Positions 26,239-37,151 of a DNA stretch of 64,000 bases are shown piece after piece. How positions within the stretch are numbered: position 1 is the first letter of the stretch; each line of letters starts with the position of its first letter. A program made the translations under genes and the position numbers. The stretch comes from Nemertoderma westbladi (lineage: Eukaryota > Animalia > Xenacoelomorpha), in contig JAUCBJ010008381.1 of assembly GCA_032718475.1 (NCBI GenBank), forward strand, positions 1-64,000. Reading direction: 5' to 3'. Under the pieces are notes generated by a model. The model was not told the DNA's origin and searched no databases. It saw nothing but the letters and a program-made list of their open reading frames with translations.

Positions 26239-27526
26239 TGTACGCGCTTTTGAAGACCTTTAGCAGTTTAACCTGCCAAAATTTATATGTCTTTTGGTTT
26301 ATAAATATACTTTAGAAGATGACAAATATTTAATACCAATAAACACAACATTAGCAGAAGCCAGCCTAGTGCGCGTCCATTCACCCGCTGGATATTCCCG
26401 GGAGACTGGATTCTGAGGGCTTAGATTATTATTGCAGTGAAGCTTACTGTATTGTATTATTCGATTGATCATTAATAATTAATTTCTGACTAATATTATT
26501 TACTTTCGGGAAATATTAACAGTTCCTTTAGGACGTGGCGCTCTATCTAAGTAAACAGAGATATGACTTATACTAATCACAACGGTAAGTCGGTAAGGCT
26601 TATGATTCACGTATGAGGCGCATTCTTTAGGAAATGCTTAGTTATCAGCCACAATCATGCACACTACCGGTAACGCACAATACTGCTCACTAATTTGCCG
26701 ACCGTCAATGAATTTTATCATATATAAAGAGAATAGCAACGGACTCATGTAGGGCTTATCAAATAGCATTAAATTCAATACACACCACAATAATATAAGT
26801 CGCAATCGCTATATATATAACCCGCCTCTCTAACCTGTAGTGTATCAAGAAAATTGGGAAATTTGGGTTCTTTATAAATGTTCTCCAAATAATATTCAAT
26901 CCACTGATATAAGATATGACAACAGTAAAAACATTAAGACGGTAGGTTAAGATATGATATGAACAGATATGTACAGCGATATGCACTGATATGGACCGGT
27001 ATGTGATTTGCACCGATAACAGTTATACGCTCTATAATCTTCAGCCTACTAATGTTTCTTCTAAAGTATGAAATGAATTGACTCTAGAGCCGTTGTTCCT
27101 GGCCTAGACAGCAATAACAACAAAGTATCAAGTAAAAACAGTAAGACTGAACACTCTCCTTATGATCGGCCGAAAAGCTACACGTCGACAGGAAAAATCG
27201 CTCTGATTGGCTCAAGCCAAACAAAGAACCATGCGTCCAATGGCTGTTTCCATGTCAGCAACCAGCTGTTAGATGTCGTAATATGAATCATCACGGCTAA
27301 GCTGTGAAAGGTATTTGGTGCATTGTAGGTTTTTTGCCTTACCATGTCCGCCAAAACACGTATATAGCAGAATGACTTTTATGTCCGTTAAAACACCTAT
27401 AACGGTACCTTGCGGGCGAGGGGAATATATATACAGTTAGAGAACCTTTTAGAGTATTCCAGCGCCTGGGGGGGAAACTGGATTGCGAAGCAAAGGGGCC
27501 AGTTATATCCCACAGAAGCTTTTACA
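26239..27526 (-). repeat. 3' LTR of element 1
   Basis: No difference from 37152-38439 found by eye; preceded on the minus strand by short purine-rich TGGGAGCGG (PPT). Confidence 0.97.
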
Positions 27527-27604
27527 CCGCTCCCAGAAAATGGGATTTGAGTCTATAAAATATACAAAATCACAGTTTCTAATATACGTAAATACTCTAA
27601 ACAG

Positions 27605-29053
27605 TTAGTCTTTCTTGCGCGGACGGCGTTTACGCAGTTTTTTAAAGTTAGCCAGAGTCCTTTTCTCTTTGGGGCGAGCCACTTTACAAGGAGGGCTATA
27701 ACTCCGGGGTGAAGGGTGCAATATGATTGCATCAGAGGGTGTAGGATTATGGTCGGTGTATCCGCCAGTCGAAGTACCGGGTTGATTGACATCGACGTCA
27801 GGGGAGAGGGGTCTAACGGCTTTGAGAGCTCGTTTCAAGACAGCCGCTCTTACGGGTCCTTTACGAGTGGTCTGAACGAGAGCCTTGGGTGGACCATAGG
27901 CAGTCAGAAACCTCCGGGGTTTAATGGTTCTTTCCAACTCGCGTTCGAGGGCTCGGTATTCGTAAGGCCGCCGATATACTTCCTGTAACTCGGGGTGTGA
28001 GTTAACAAATAAGCCTCCATAGTCCGGGTCCTGACGGATATAATTGATTAAGCTATAGGAATGAAGGTCGCTAGGATTAACACTCCTGAGAAATTTACGT
28101 ACGAACTTGGTTGAAATACATTCTCCGACGCGCTTCAGTAGTTCGTAACTTGATATGCGTGATTTCTGTTCGACAGAAGCGAATAGATAAGGATGGAACG
28201 CATAAACTCCTTCGTAAGCGCGTCCGGGATAATAGCGATGGCGCGAATCACAATGTAAATCAGCGTTCGCTTCCCAAGCTCTAATGTAACGTAGTGTGAT
28301 CATTTCATCTACGCTTTCCAAATCGTGATTAAACGGGCAATCGAAACTGGCGTGTCCCTTTAGTTGACAATGGTGACATTGAGTCATAAATTGAGGGCAA
28401 ACCGCAAAAATATGCAAATTATTAAATATGCAATACGCGCAATAAATTTCCATCGCCGGTTGTTCGTGGAAATAGGAACAGCGGACGTTTGTGTCCATGG
28501 GTGTAACATGGTCTCTCGATGCGCATAACCGACAACGTTGCCGAGAAACATAGTTGGCATGGCGATAATCGTACGCAGTGAGACACTGTGGACCTTGATA
28601 CCATTCTAGGATGTAATCGTTGTCGCTGTTCCGGGCGCGATAGGCTGAATCTCCTCAGATTCTAGGCATATTGGTTCATCTTCCCAGTCTGTTACGAATA
28701 GAATTTTCGTGATCTATTCTCGGTTTATCGTTCCGACTCCGCTGGGTATGATATTTAAATAGAACCATTTCCCTTTCGGTGTCTACATCGTCCGTATCAT
28801 GTAAATCGATAGGATGGCCGGTAGTTAGGAAGTCCATATACGTACTATTACGATGCGTATAGCGCGCGGTGGATTTTCGATAGTCCAATTCACGCGCAAG
28901 TTGCTCTTGGGACATCAGCGGTTCGATATAACGACCATCGTCCTCCGTAATGGTTGGATCGGCTTCACCGCGTATTAAGCTATCCACAAATGCTTGCAAA
29001 AGTAGAGTATATCGCTCCTTGATACCAAGATCATCTTCTATCAACTCCGTCAT
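27605..29053 (-). CDS. Accessory ORF region of element 1: three CCHC-like zinc knuckles and a basic C-terminus; two in-frame TGA near 28655-28678
   Basis: ORFs 28676-29053 and 27605-28498 are in the same frame. Motifs CRLCASRDH..C, CAYCIFNNLHIFAVC, CHHCQLKGHASFDC; ends KKLRKRRPRKKD. Confidence 0.65.
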
Positions 29054-30677
29054 ATCTGCTATCTGAGTTTGTTAATATCGAAATGAGTTTATGTTTAGGC
29101 GAGCGGACGTCTCTGCCCACCTCTCTTTGCCCCCGGACAGTGGGATTCTCAGCGCCGATGTACCGTTGTCGCGGTGTTTACGCCAACATGTAGCAACATT
29201 ACGACAACGATAACCGGCACAAGTCACTCCACTGTCCGTCCCAAAGGCTTGAATCCACTTTAGGTTCTTTCTATAGGAGAGTTGGGTTACTTTCACAATT
29301 GCGACTAGCTACTGTAAACACACCTTAGCAGTAACATTCACCTACAAACGCACAAATTCCACACAACTGTCACCAATTGTACACATACAGGCCATTTGTC
29401 CGTTAGTCAGTGCCTTCCAGAATGTCACGTTATTACTGTGTATCCTTGGATACTAACAGTGTGCTATATTCTCTATGCTATGCAATGGGACAAGCTTTCT
29501 ATTGTTCTTTTAACTTGCTTCTAATTCTAGCGTGGGTGTTGCTATGGTGACATTATGGAATGCTAGCGGTAGAATTAGGGTAATTCTCATGCATACAGAT
29601 CTGGGATGCTATTTAATAATAATTCTTTAATTGTCAATATCCTCTTTATGCATGATTTTATTAATTTTATCGGCTATTGACTATATGTTGGAGATTCTCG
29701 CACTCTAATGCACTCAATAGGATGAATCTCCGCTCCCATGATCTATTAATTAATGGAATTTTGGGAATGTTATAAATTGTACAAAATGACAATTTATGAA
29801 ATTCATTTAAAATATGAATTTAAATTTATTCCTGTGAATTTTATTATTTGATGTTAAAATTGACACAATTTTTATTCCAGAGCATGTCTGGGGACTGAGG
29901 ATCTTTAATTCTATAAAATTGTCTTTTAAGAGTATCGGTAAGTGCTGCGATATCTTAATTGACTAGAAATTTTAAAGGATCCGAATTTTACAGATGTTAA
30001 TAAATATTAAATTAAGATTTAAGATGGGCACCGATTTATTCCAGAACTTGTCTGGGGACGTTAACCACTGATTCTAGAATTTGTCTTTCAAGTATATCGG
30101 TGGGTGCCGCGATATCTTAATCGACTAGAATTACAGATGGTCAAAAGGTTTAACAGATTTATTTGCGTTTTACGCTACTGTTATAGGGACATCACACTAC
30201 TATATGTATTATTTAATATAAGGTAGAAGAGCAATATCGCACGAAGCAATGTCAGTGTGAAGAGGCAAGTCGTTTCCAAGGTCTACCCAGAGCTTGGTTT
30301 AGCTGAGACACGAGGATCTGAACTTTGCATTCCTAATACTCTGCCTACCAATAATACTTGAACATAGTAGTGGCTTTATTGTACTTTAATAAGTACTGAC
30401 ATGTCATCTTACTATAGTCTCGCATTTATAATATAATACGGACAGTAAGGAAAGAGAAAAATAATTATTTCTTGCCGTCGCACTAAATATATTGTAAGTA
30501 ATTAAATACGTAATAAACACTAATATATTGCACTAATTTACTAAATATTCTAAAATAACATTCTACTAAATAAAATTAAAGAAAACGATTATAATAAAAT
30601 TACATAATAATACATACATAAATATAAAATAAAAACAAATATAAAATGATATAGTCACACGCCCACTCCATATGTTA

Positions 30678-33600
30678 TTACGTTATGGAGTCCCTAGATA
30701 TTTGTCGGATTAGGGAAGTGGTCGTAGGAAGAGTATCTTGCCTTCCATAGTTTCCGGACAGTTTTCGGTCTCTTTCCAGTAAACATAAACGACTAGCTGG
30801 GCGATTGAGTTGTTGTGTTACTTTCTCCGCTCCCTTGGCCTGTCTAATCTCCGCCGGGGTAAGATGAGGAGGCCATTCTTCTTCTTCTTTACTTAAGAAG
30901 TCGGATCCACCTAACCAGCCTGGAGTATCTATCAGTTCTTGAGGAGTTGCTCCTCTGGAAGCGATGTCGGCTGGATTAATCGTCCCAAGGCAATGTCTCC
31001 ATTGATCTACATTGGAGTTAATATCGTCATTATCTGAGGAGTATGGTGTTCCCTCAGTTGGATCGTCCACATCACTGCTCTCCACTTCCCCCTTTACTTG
31101 GTATACCTGTTGTTGAGGTAATCTCTCTTTGAGAGTTCTACGGGAAGGGCCAGTGAAGTACCAACCTACTCTAGTTCTTACCGCATAGGTTTGCAGTGGC
31201 TGCGGTTGAGCAGGCCGTTTCTCCAATGTCTCGAGCGCCTCATGCGCGTTTTGGCCGATGAGTATTTGCACTCCAGGATAATCTGTCTGGAATCGAGGTA
31301 TCTTAAGATGTTGGATGCTCTCATCCTCGTCCCAATTATAAAGGTCTGCTTGGGTAGTAGCGAAGTTCTTTATAGCCACCATTTTTACTGACCTTATGCC
31401 TTGTGTTCCTAACTTATCCTGGGGGGTGGACAACACACCTACATAGTAGTCTGCCGTTAGGGTAGATTTCCAAACCTGCATAATTCCTGACATATTCAAT
31501 TTAGTCCGGAACTTGGGTTGTCCAGCAAAGATATCTTCGGCTAGTTCTTGATCGATGAATGTTCCTGTGCTGCCGGAGTCAAGGAGGGCGTTCACTATGT
31601 AGCTTTTGTTAAGACCGTGAACTCTTACCTGAACTACAGGAAATTCTCTGATTCCTACGTTGGAAGCTGGAGCTTTCCAAGAGGGTTGTTTGGCGAAAGT
31701 AGTCGGGGGAAACTCATCGTTGGTGTCCTTTTCATAAGTAAGTGCTCGATACACTGAGGTATTTATTAGATAACAGGATTCGTTGGCGTCGGAGAATTCG
31801 TCAGTATAGAATCCTTCCATCTCAGACTCTTGATCAGTGTCATTTACATCACTGAATTGGACATGTAGTTCGGGCTCACTTACCTGACTCGGATTGTCTC
31901 GTTCGAACTCACTGTGTAACAAGATGTGATGTTTCGCGCCACACTTTGCACACTTTACGTCGGAGTAACAGGTTCGCCGTTGGTGTCCTGATCTGAGGCA
32001 ATTATAGCATAACCGCTTATTCCACAGGACTGTACGTCTGTCTACAGGGGATTTCTTTAGAAATTCAGCACACGCACTCAAACGGTGGGGCCTGTCGCAC
32101 AGCGCACATTTTGGTTTGATGTTACTCACCTTAACTTGGTTAACGTTCTGCACTCTCGTTCTTTCTTCGGGCTTTCTTCCGTGAATTCTCTTAGGAGACG
32201 TAGGAGGAGTTGTTGTTACCTGTTCTCTCCTGTCACTGGTTCGAGACTTGTATTTACTTACGTCTTTATAGGTCTTGTTGTCATAGTAAGATTTTGCTGT
32301 GTCTTTCCCGCTGTCCTCTTCTTGAGAAGCTTGGCTTTTGCCGTCGTCAGTATAACACACTGGTATTATCCTTCTCCTAGAAACGGGTTTCTCACTTACC
32401 TTATTTTCCGATGTTTTCTCTCTGGACTGCCTTATGAGTTGTAATTTTACTTCACTATCTAAGAAGGACATGAGATCAGCCATGGTAGGGCTTCGTCGTT
32501 GTTGTTCATTCATGTACAACACTTTCTTGTCCCAGCGTGTACATACTCCACCCTTTGGTAAAGTAGAGACTACTGCTCCAATAACCATGGAACTCTGATA
32601 TTCATGAGACTTACCCAACCAGTCCAATTGTCTACAGATCTCCTGAATCTCATCGGAAAACTCTATAATCCCGCTACTAAGGAAGTTTCGGGGGGCTACT
32701 AATTTTGCATACAAATACTTAGCTATGTTATCCTTGTTACCATACCTGATGTTTAATGTATCCCAAACTTGTCTTAATCCATCTGGATGTCCAATAAACT
32801 TTAACGCCATTAACTTGGGAGGTCCTTCCAAGCACTTGATGAGGAATCTAAGTTTCTCTCCGTTAGATAGTACAGAGTTCTGTATGCTATCTTTGTAATA
32901 TTCGTTGAAAGGTAACCATTTAATCTCATCTCCATTGAATTTGACGATCTCTCCCACTTTGACCGCTTGGCGGGCTTCTGTTCTAGCCATAGTTCTAGTT
33001 TCTTGGGCCATCGTGTTATTTAATATCGAATTATCGGTATATAAAGTTCTCGGATCATTATCAGGTCTATAGGGAATATCATTAATAACAGGTCTATAAT
33101 CACCCTTAATAGGGTTTGCTATAGGAGTTTCAACTTCACTAGCAGTATAGATGCGTGTAGGCTCCACACCTTGCGCATGTATTACTTCAGACCTAACAGG
33201 TTGACACAATGTTACAGGGGGTATTGGTATGCCCTTTTGTATATTGACTAATTTGTCGCGTTCTAGCGCGATACTTTGCTGCACTTCTTGCAACTCTGCT
33301 CTACCTTCCCTCACTGTTCCCTTAAGTTGGTGGACAGTCTCCTGCATCTGTCCTAGCAGGAGATTCATCCCCCGCCGTCCCTCTTCCACCCACTCAACCG
33401 CCGAAGCGGGAGTCGCCAACATAGTAGCGGGCTGACGCGGGACGACGGGAGACAAATTTTTGATTTCTCTCTCTGCTATCTGGACAGGGATATTCTCTTG
33501 GACTGTTCCACCGGGTACAGGCAGTGTAGTACTATGCAAAGGGAATTTAGAGTTAAGCTCTGGAAGTACAGGGGTCTCTAACACAGAAGTGACTTTGGGA

Positions 33601-34886
33601 ACGACAGGCCTAATTATTTCAGGCTCATCAACTATTGTAGGGAGTCTTGTGACCTGAATAATTTGTTCTGTGGGTTCTATACTACTCAAGTCTGTGCTAG
33701 CTAGCTGTCTTCTAACAGCTGGGGGCAAATCAGGCAATTTGTGACGGTGAGATGTTTTTCTACGCCTGCTTAGACGAGATCTATTTCCTCCGCCTTCAGG
33801 ATCGGTGGTCTCGCCTTCCTCCGAGGATGTGTATCCCTGGCGCTTGGGAGTAGATTTTCTCATCATCTGCATTTGATTAGCAGTAAACTGTTTATTTATA
33901 CTGTCTTGCGTCTCTTGCAGATTTTCCAACTCCAGTTGGATAGTCTCCTCAGACGCTCTCCGTTCTGCTTCTGCCACTGTTGCTTTTCTTTCGGCTTCCG
34001 CCGCTTTTCTTTCTGCTTCTGCTTCTGCCGCTTTTGCTTTTCTTTCGGCTTCTGCTTCTGCCGCTTTTGCTTTTCTTTCGGCTTCTGCTTCTTTTCTTTC
34101 TGCTTCTGCTTCCGCCGCCGCTGCTGCTGCTACCTTCCTTTTCTCTATCCGTTCTTTCTTTACTTGATCTTCTTGGACTCTAACGAGGCGGAGTTTTTCA
34201 TCACATTCAGCTTGGTTTGCAGCTAACATTTCGGCATCGATTGAGTCCAACACAAGCTTGGTTCCTTCACTATTAGGGGAAAGTCCAGACAGCCGTCTCC
34301 TCAACTCTTCGTCTCCTAGGAATCGCTGATAGTCGGACAAATAAATGTCGATAGCGTCTCTAGTTCGCGGCTTCTCTGCTGATGTTAATTCGCTTTCCAC
34401 TTCGCTTTCCACCTCGCTTTCCACTTCGCTTTCCACCTCACTTTCCACTTCGCTTTCCACCTCACTTTCCACTTGAGAAGAAGTGGCGTCGGTTGATTCT
34501 TCATAGGTTGGCCGCTCATCATAAACCGTATCCGCCATCTTCGCTCCGCGTTCGGGCGTCCGCTCAACAGTATCCGAACTACTGGAGCTATCGGGCCGCT
34601 GAGAACTAGGTTCTTGGCTAGGAGGTTGCTGCTGTTTTATAGCTTCTTCTTGATCCCGCTTGACTTGGGCCCGAGTGCCTATGGCAGACCAACGGCGCTT
34701 CACTAACTTCGCAAATTGCGAAATCTTTTCTACCAACCTAGGTTCTGACACAACCACTGCAGGGGTTGCCCTTCTTACAGTATGAGGGGTTTCAGACCTC
34801 GGTCTGGGATTCTCTACACTTTGATCTGAGAAACAGGCTGTTGTTTCTAGGAGACTATCTGACAGAGTTTGCCTTGTGTCAGCCAT
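30678..34886 (-). CDS. BEL/Pao Gag-protease polyprotein (1402 aa), fused in frame to a short RNase H end fragment
   Basis: KFNGDEIKWLPF gag core; three knuckles CALCDRPHRLSAC, CYNCLRSGHQRRTC, CAKCGAKHHILLH; ALLDSGS protease; then jumps to QWRHCLGTINPADIASRG. Confidence 0.95.
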   Translation of the reverse strand: MADTRQTLSDSLLETTACFSDQSVENPRPRSETPHTVRRATPAVVVSEPRLVEKISQFAKLVKRRWSAIGTRAQVKRDQEEAIKQQQPPSQEPSSQRPDSSSSSDTVERTPERGAKMADTVYDERPTYEESTDATSSQVESEVESEVESEVESEVESEVESEVESELTSAEKPRTRDAIDIYLSDYQRFLGDEELRRRLSGLSPNSEGTKLVLDSIDAEMLAANQAECDEKLRLVRVQEDQVKKERIEKRKVAAAAAAEAEAERKEAEAERKAKAAEAEAERKAKAAEAEAERKAAEAERKATVAEAERRASEETIQLELENLQETQDSINKQFTANQMQMMRKSTPKRQGYTSSEEGETTDPEGGGNRSRLSRRRKTSHRHKLPDLPPAVRRQLASTDLSSIEPTEQIIQVTRLPTIVDEPEIIRPVVPKVTSVLETPVLPELNSKFPLHSTTLPVPGGTVQENIPVQIAEREIKNLSPVVPRQPATMLATPASAVEWVEEGRRGMNLLLGQMQETVHQLKGTVREGRAELQEVQQSIALERDKLVNIQKGIPIPPVTLCQPVRSEVIHAQGVEPTRIYTASEVETPIANPIKGDYRPVINDIPYRPDNDPRTLYTDNSILNNTMAQETRTMARTEARQAVKVGEIVKFNGDEIKWLPFNEYYKDSIQNSVLSNGEKLRFLIKCLEGPPKLMALKFIGHPDGLRQVWDTLNIRYGNKDNIAKYLYAKLVAPRNFLSSGIIEFSDEIQEICRQLDWLGKSHEYQSSMVIGAVVSTLPKGGVCTRWDKKVLYMNEQQRRSPTMADLMSFLDSEVKLQLIRQSREKTSENKVSEKPVSRRRIIPVCYTDDGKSQASQEEDSGKDTAKSYYDNKTYKDVSKYKSRTSDRREQVTTTPPTSPKRIHGRKPEERTRVQNVNQVKVSNIKPKCALCDRPHRLSACAEFLKKSPVDRRTVLWNKRLCYNCLRSGHQRRTCYSDVKCAKCGAKHHILLHSEFERDNPSQVSEPELHVQFSDVNDTDQESEMEGFYTDEFSDANESCYLINTSVYRALTYEKDTNDEFPPTTFAKQPSWKAPASNVGIREFPVVQVRVHGLNKSYIVNALLDSGSTGTFIDQELAEDIFAGQPKFRTKLNMSGIMQVWKSTLTADYYVGVLSTPQDKLGTQGIRSVKMVAIKNFATTQADLYNWDEDESIQHLKIPRFQTDYPGVQILIGQNAHEALETLEKRPAQPQPLQTYAVRTRVGWYFTGPSRRTLKERLPQQQVYQVKGEVESSDVDDPTEGTPYSSDNDDINSNVDQWRHCLGTINPADIASRGATPQELIDTPGWLGGSDFLSKEEEEWPPHLTPAEIRQAKGAEKVTQQLNRPASRLCLLERDRKLSGNYGRQDTLPTTTSLIRQISRDSIT

Positions 34887-36240
34887 GTTTGATTGTACAG
34901 TCGAATGCCTACTGCTATATTACAGTTAAAGCAAGTCTAGTAATTCAGTATCACTGTTAGCCTAATAATTAATTACCGATGCTGCTACTCAGTGTAGCGT
35001 GATATATATATAAAATATTAGAATACCGGTATGCTTATAATATATATATAAGTATTATTACAGACTAGATTTGTCACAGAGTACCGGTATATAATTTTAG
35101 CACAAATATATATAAATATATAATAGGCCTATCGTGAATACCGGTATACAGCTGACACTTATAGTATATATAAGTATAATTATTACTAGAATTAATTACA
35201 GAATACCGGTATGATTTCAGCTCAAATTTATAGAAATAAATATAATAAGCCTATGGTAAATACCGGTATGTCAATTATTTTAGAATAAATGAATTTCTGA
35301 ATATTTTAGGGTTACTTGGTTACTTTAACTTACTTTATTACCGTTATTTAAGCAGCAGTCCAACTGATATTGAGACCTAGTTGTTGTATGGCAGGCCTAC
35401 TATTTATAAATCGTTTGAGTTGATTTATAATATTTATATACCCGTTTAAAAGGGTTTTGTCAATATTTGAAATAAATGTTATTATTTCTGGGGGAGTCAC
35501 TACACAGAAGCTGTGCGCTCTCAGTGAAGTGCTACCTATGGGACACTAAAACAGATAATTCTAATTTACCTAAGTTACTTAATACTACAAATTACTTACG
35601 ATACGGGTGAGATTAAATCTCTAGTTAAACACAACAAAAATATTACGTACGAATTTTTTAGGGTAATTTTACAGGAAGTCTACAAACCAGCCTAACAAAG
35701 GGTTAGAATTCTGGTTATTACAATGGACAGGGTACTACGGTATTTGAAAATAATAAGTAGTAGTAAATACACTGCGTTGTCCAGATAGGGAAATACAACC
35801 GCCTGACGACCTATAACCGTATCGCTATAGGTACTACGTTATGTATCACGGATTGTTCCTACCTAGAAGTTAATTACCGCGGACTACCAGATCCAGCGTG
35901 CCTATTAACCACTTTACAACACAAATATACTGCCTACACACTAATTACTTCGGAAAGCACTGTACACTAAACCCTAAATTAGGTACAAGTACTGGTACAA
36001 CAAATAATCAGTAGTTAAATATACTTGAACAGTTAAAAGAACCACGGCATCTGCTGGAGTGACCGAAGCACAAAGTCACCAGTCTTTACCTACGCCAAGC
36101 AGCCCGTGTAGTACCGGGGTTAATTTAACTATAACGGTATGTGTAACAAACACAATTACTGTAGGAATAAACTTGGGGACATGAATGTTGCGAATAATCG
36201 CATAAACTCTGAATAATAAATATTACGCTACCCGTACAGA

Positions 36241-36800
36241 ATACTCAAACAAATACAAACCAAACGCTGGCAGACTACCACCAAGCCTAAATAAACTACT
36301 GTATGTGCAGATTCCAAAACGGTTAGTTAGTATGCGTTCTAACACGGTAGTACGACTTATTCTTTAAGAGGGGATTGACCTTACAGTTATGACTGCCCCA
36401 ACTTACTAACTGGCACTTTATCAGACAAACTCTACACAAGCAGCAATCTCTTCAGACCTAATAATAGCTAGACAACAATCCAGCCTACAAAATATCTGAG
36501 TAATAACTATTACGGTACCTGAACAGACCACACAAACAAACACAAGCCAAAACGCTGGCAGAATACTGTCAAGCCTAAATAAACTACAGTATGTGCAGAT
36601 TCCAAAATTGTTAGTTAGTATGCGTTCTAACACGGTAGTACGACTTATTCTTTTAAGAGGGGATTGACCTTACAGCGATGGCTGCCCCAACTTACTAACT
36701 GGCACTCTATCAGACAAACTCTACACACGCCGTAATCTCTCCAAACCCAACAACAATCCGACAACAGTCCGGCCTACAATTATCTGAACAATCTGAGCAG
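36241..36800. repeat. Two tandem ~290 bp copies in the 5' leader of element 1
   Basis: CAAACCAAACGCTGGCAGACTAC...CCTACAA occurs twice; single copy in element 2 (~56900-57170). Confidence 0.8.
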
Positions 36801-37140
36801 ACTTACACGTCTTCAGCTCAATATTAACTTACTAGGAAATAAAACTGACAGAAATAGACCTAAGTAAAATCCCAATAAAAACCAGGCGTCCCCGATTTAA
36901 TATCGAGACCTACCGGTATACAATAATCAAAATCGAATAATACTAATGTACTTATACTGGAAGTACCGGTTAGGACAGTTGGGCCTACGGACCTACAGAA
37001 GTACCGGTTCTGGCAGTTGGACCTACGGACCTACAGCAGTACCGGTTCTGGCAGTTGGGCCTACTGACCTACAGAAGTACCGGTTCAGGTTTACCGGTTG
37101 ACCGGTACTTTCAACTTTATTGCTTACTACAATAAAGTCA

Positions 37141-37151
37141 ATAACTGTTAT
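37141..37151 (-). promoter_or_regulatory. Non-canonical primer-binding site of element 1 (ATAACAGTTAT on the element strand)
   Basis: Abuts the 5' LTR, has no TGG, and is the exact complement of LTR positions 37929-37939. Confidence 0.7.

Noticed and set aside
26759-27013. 84-aa ORF present twice (also 37672-37926), and small ORFs at 45829-46129 / 58188-58488
   Set aside because: They lie inside LTRs, are duplicated for that reason, and are not conserved between the two elements.
33873-34609. Phe/Cys/Leu-rich plus-strand ORFs (also 54004-54543)
   Set aside because: Antisense shadows of the repetitive gag coding sequence.
36126-36138. TAACTATAACGGT matches the start of the I-CeuI site / bacterial 23S rRNA
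   Set aside because: Only 13 nt match; it lies in the retrotransposon leader with no rRNA context.
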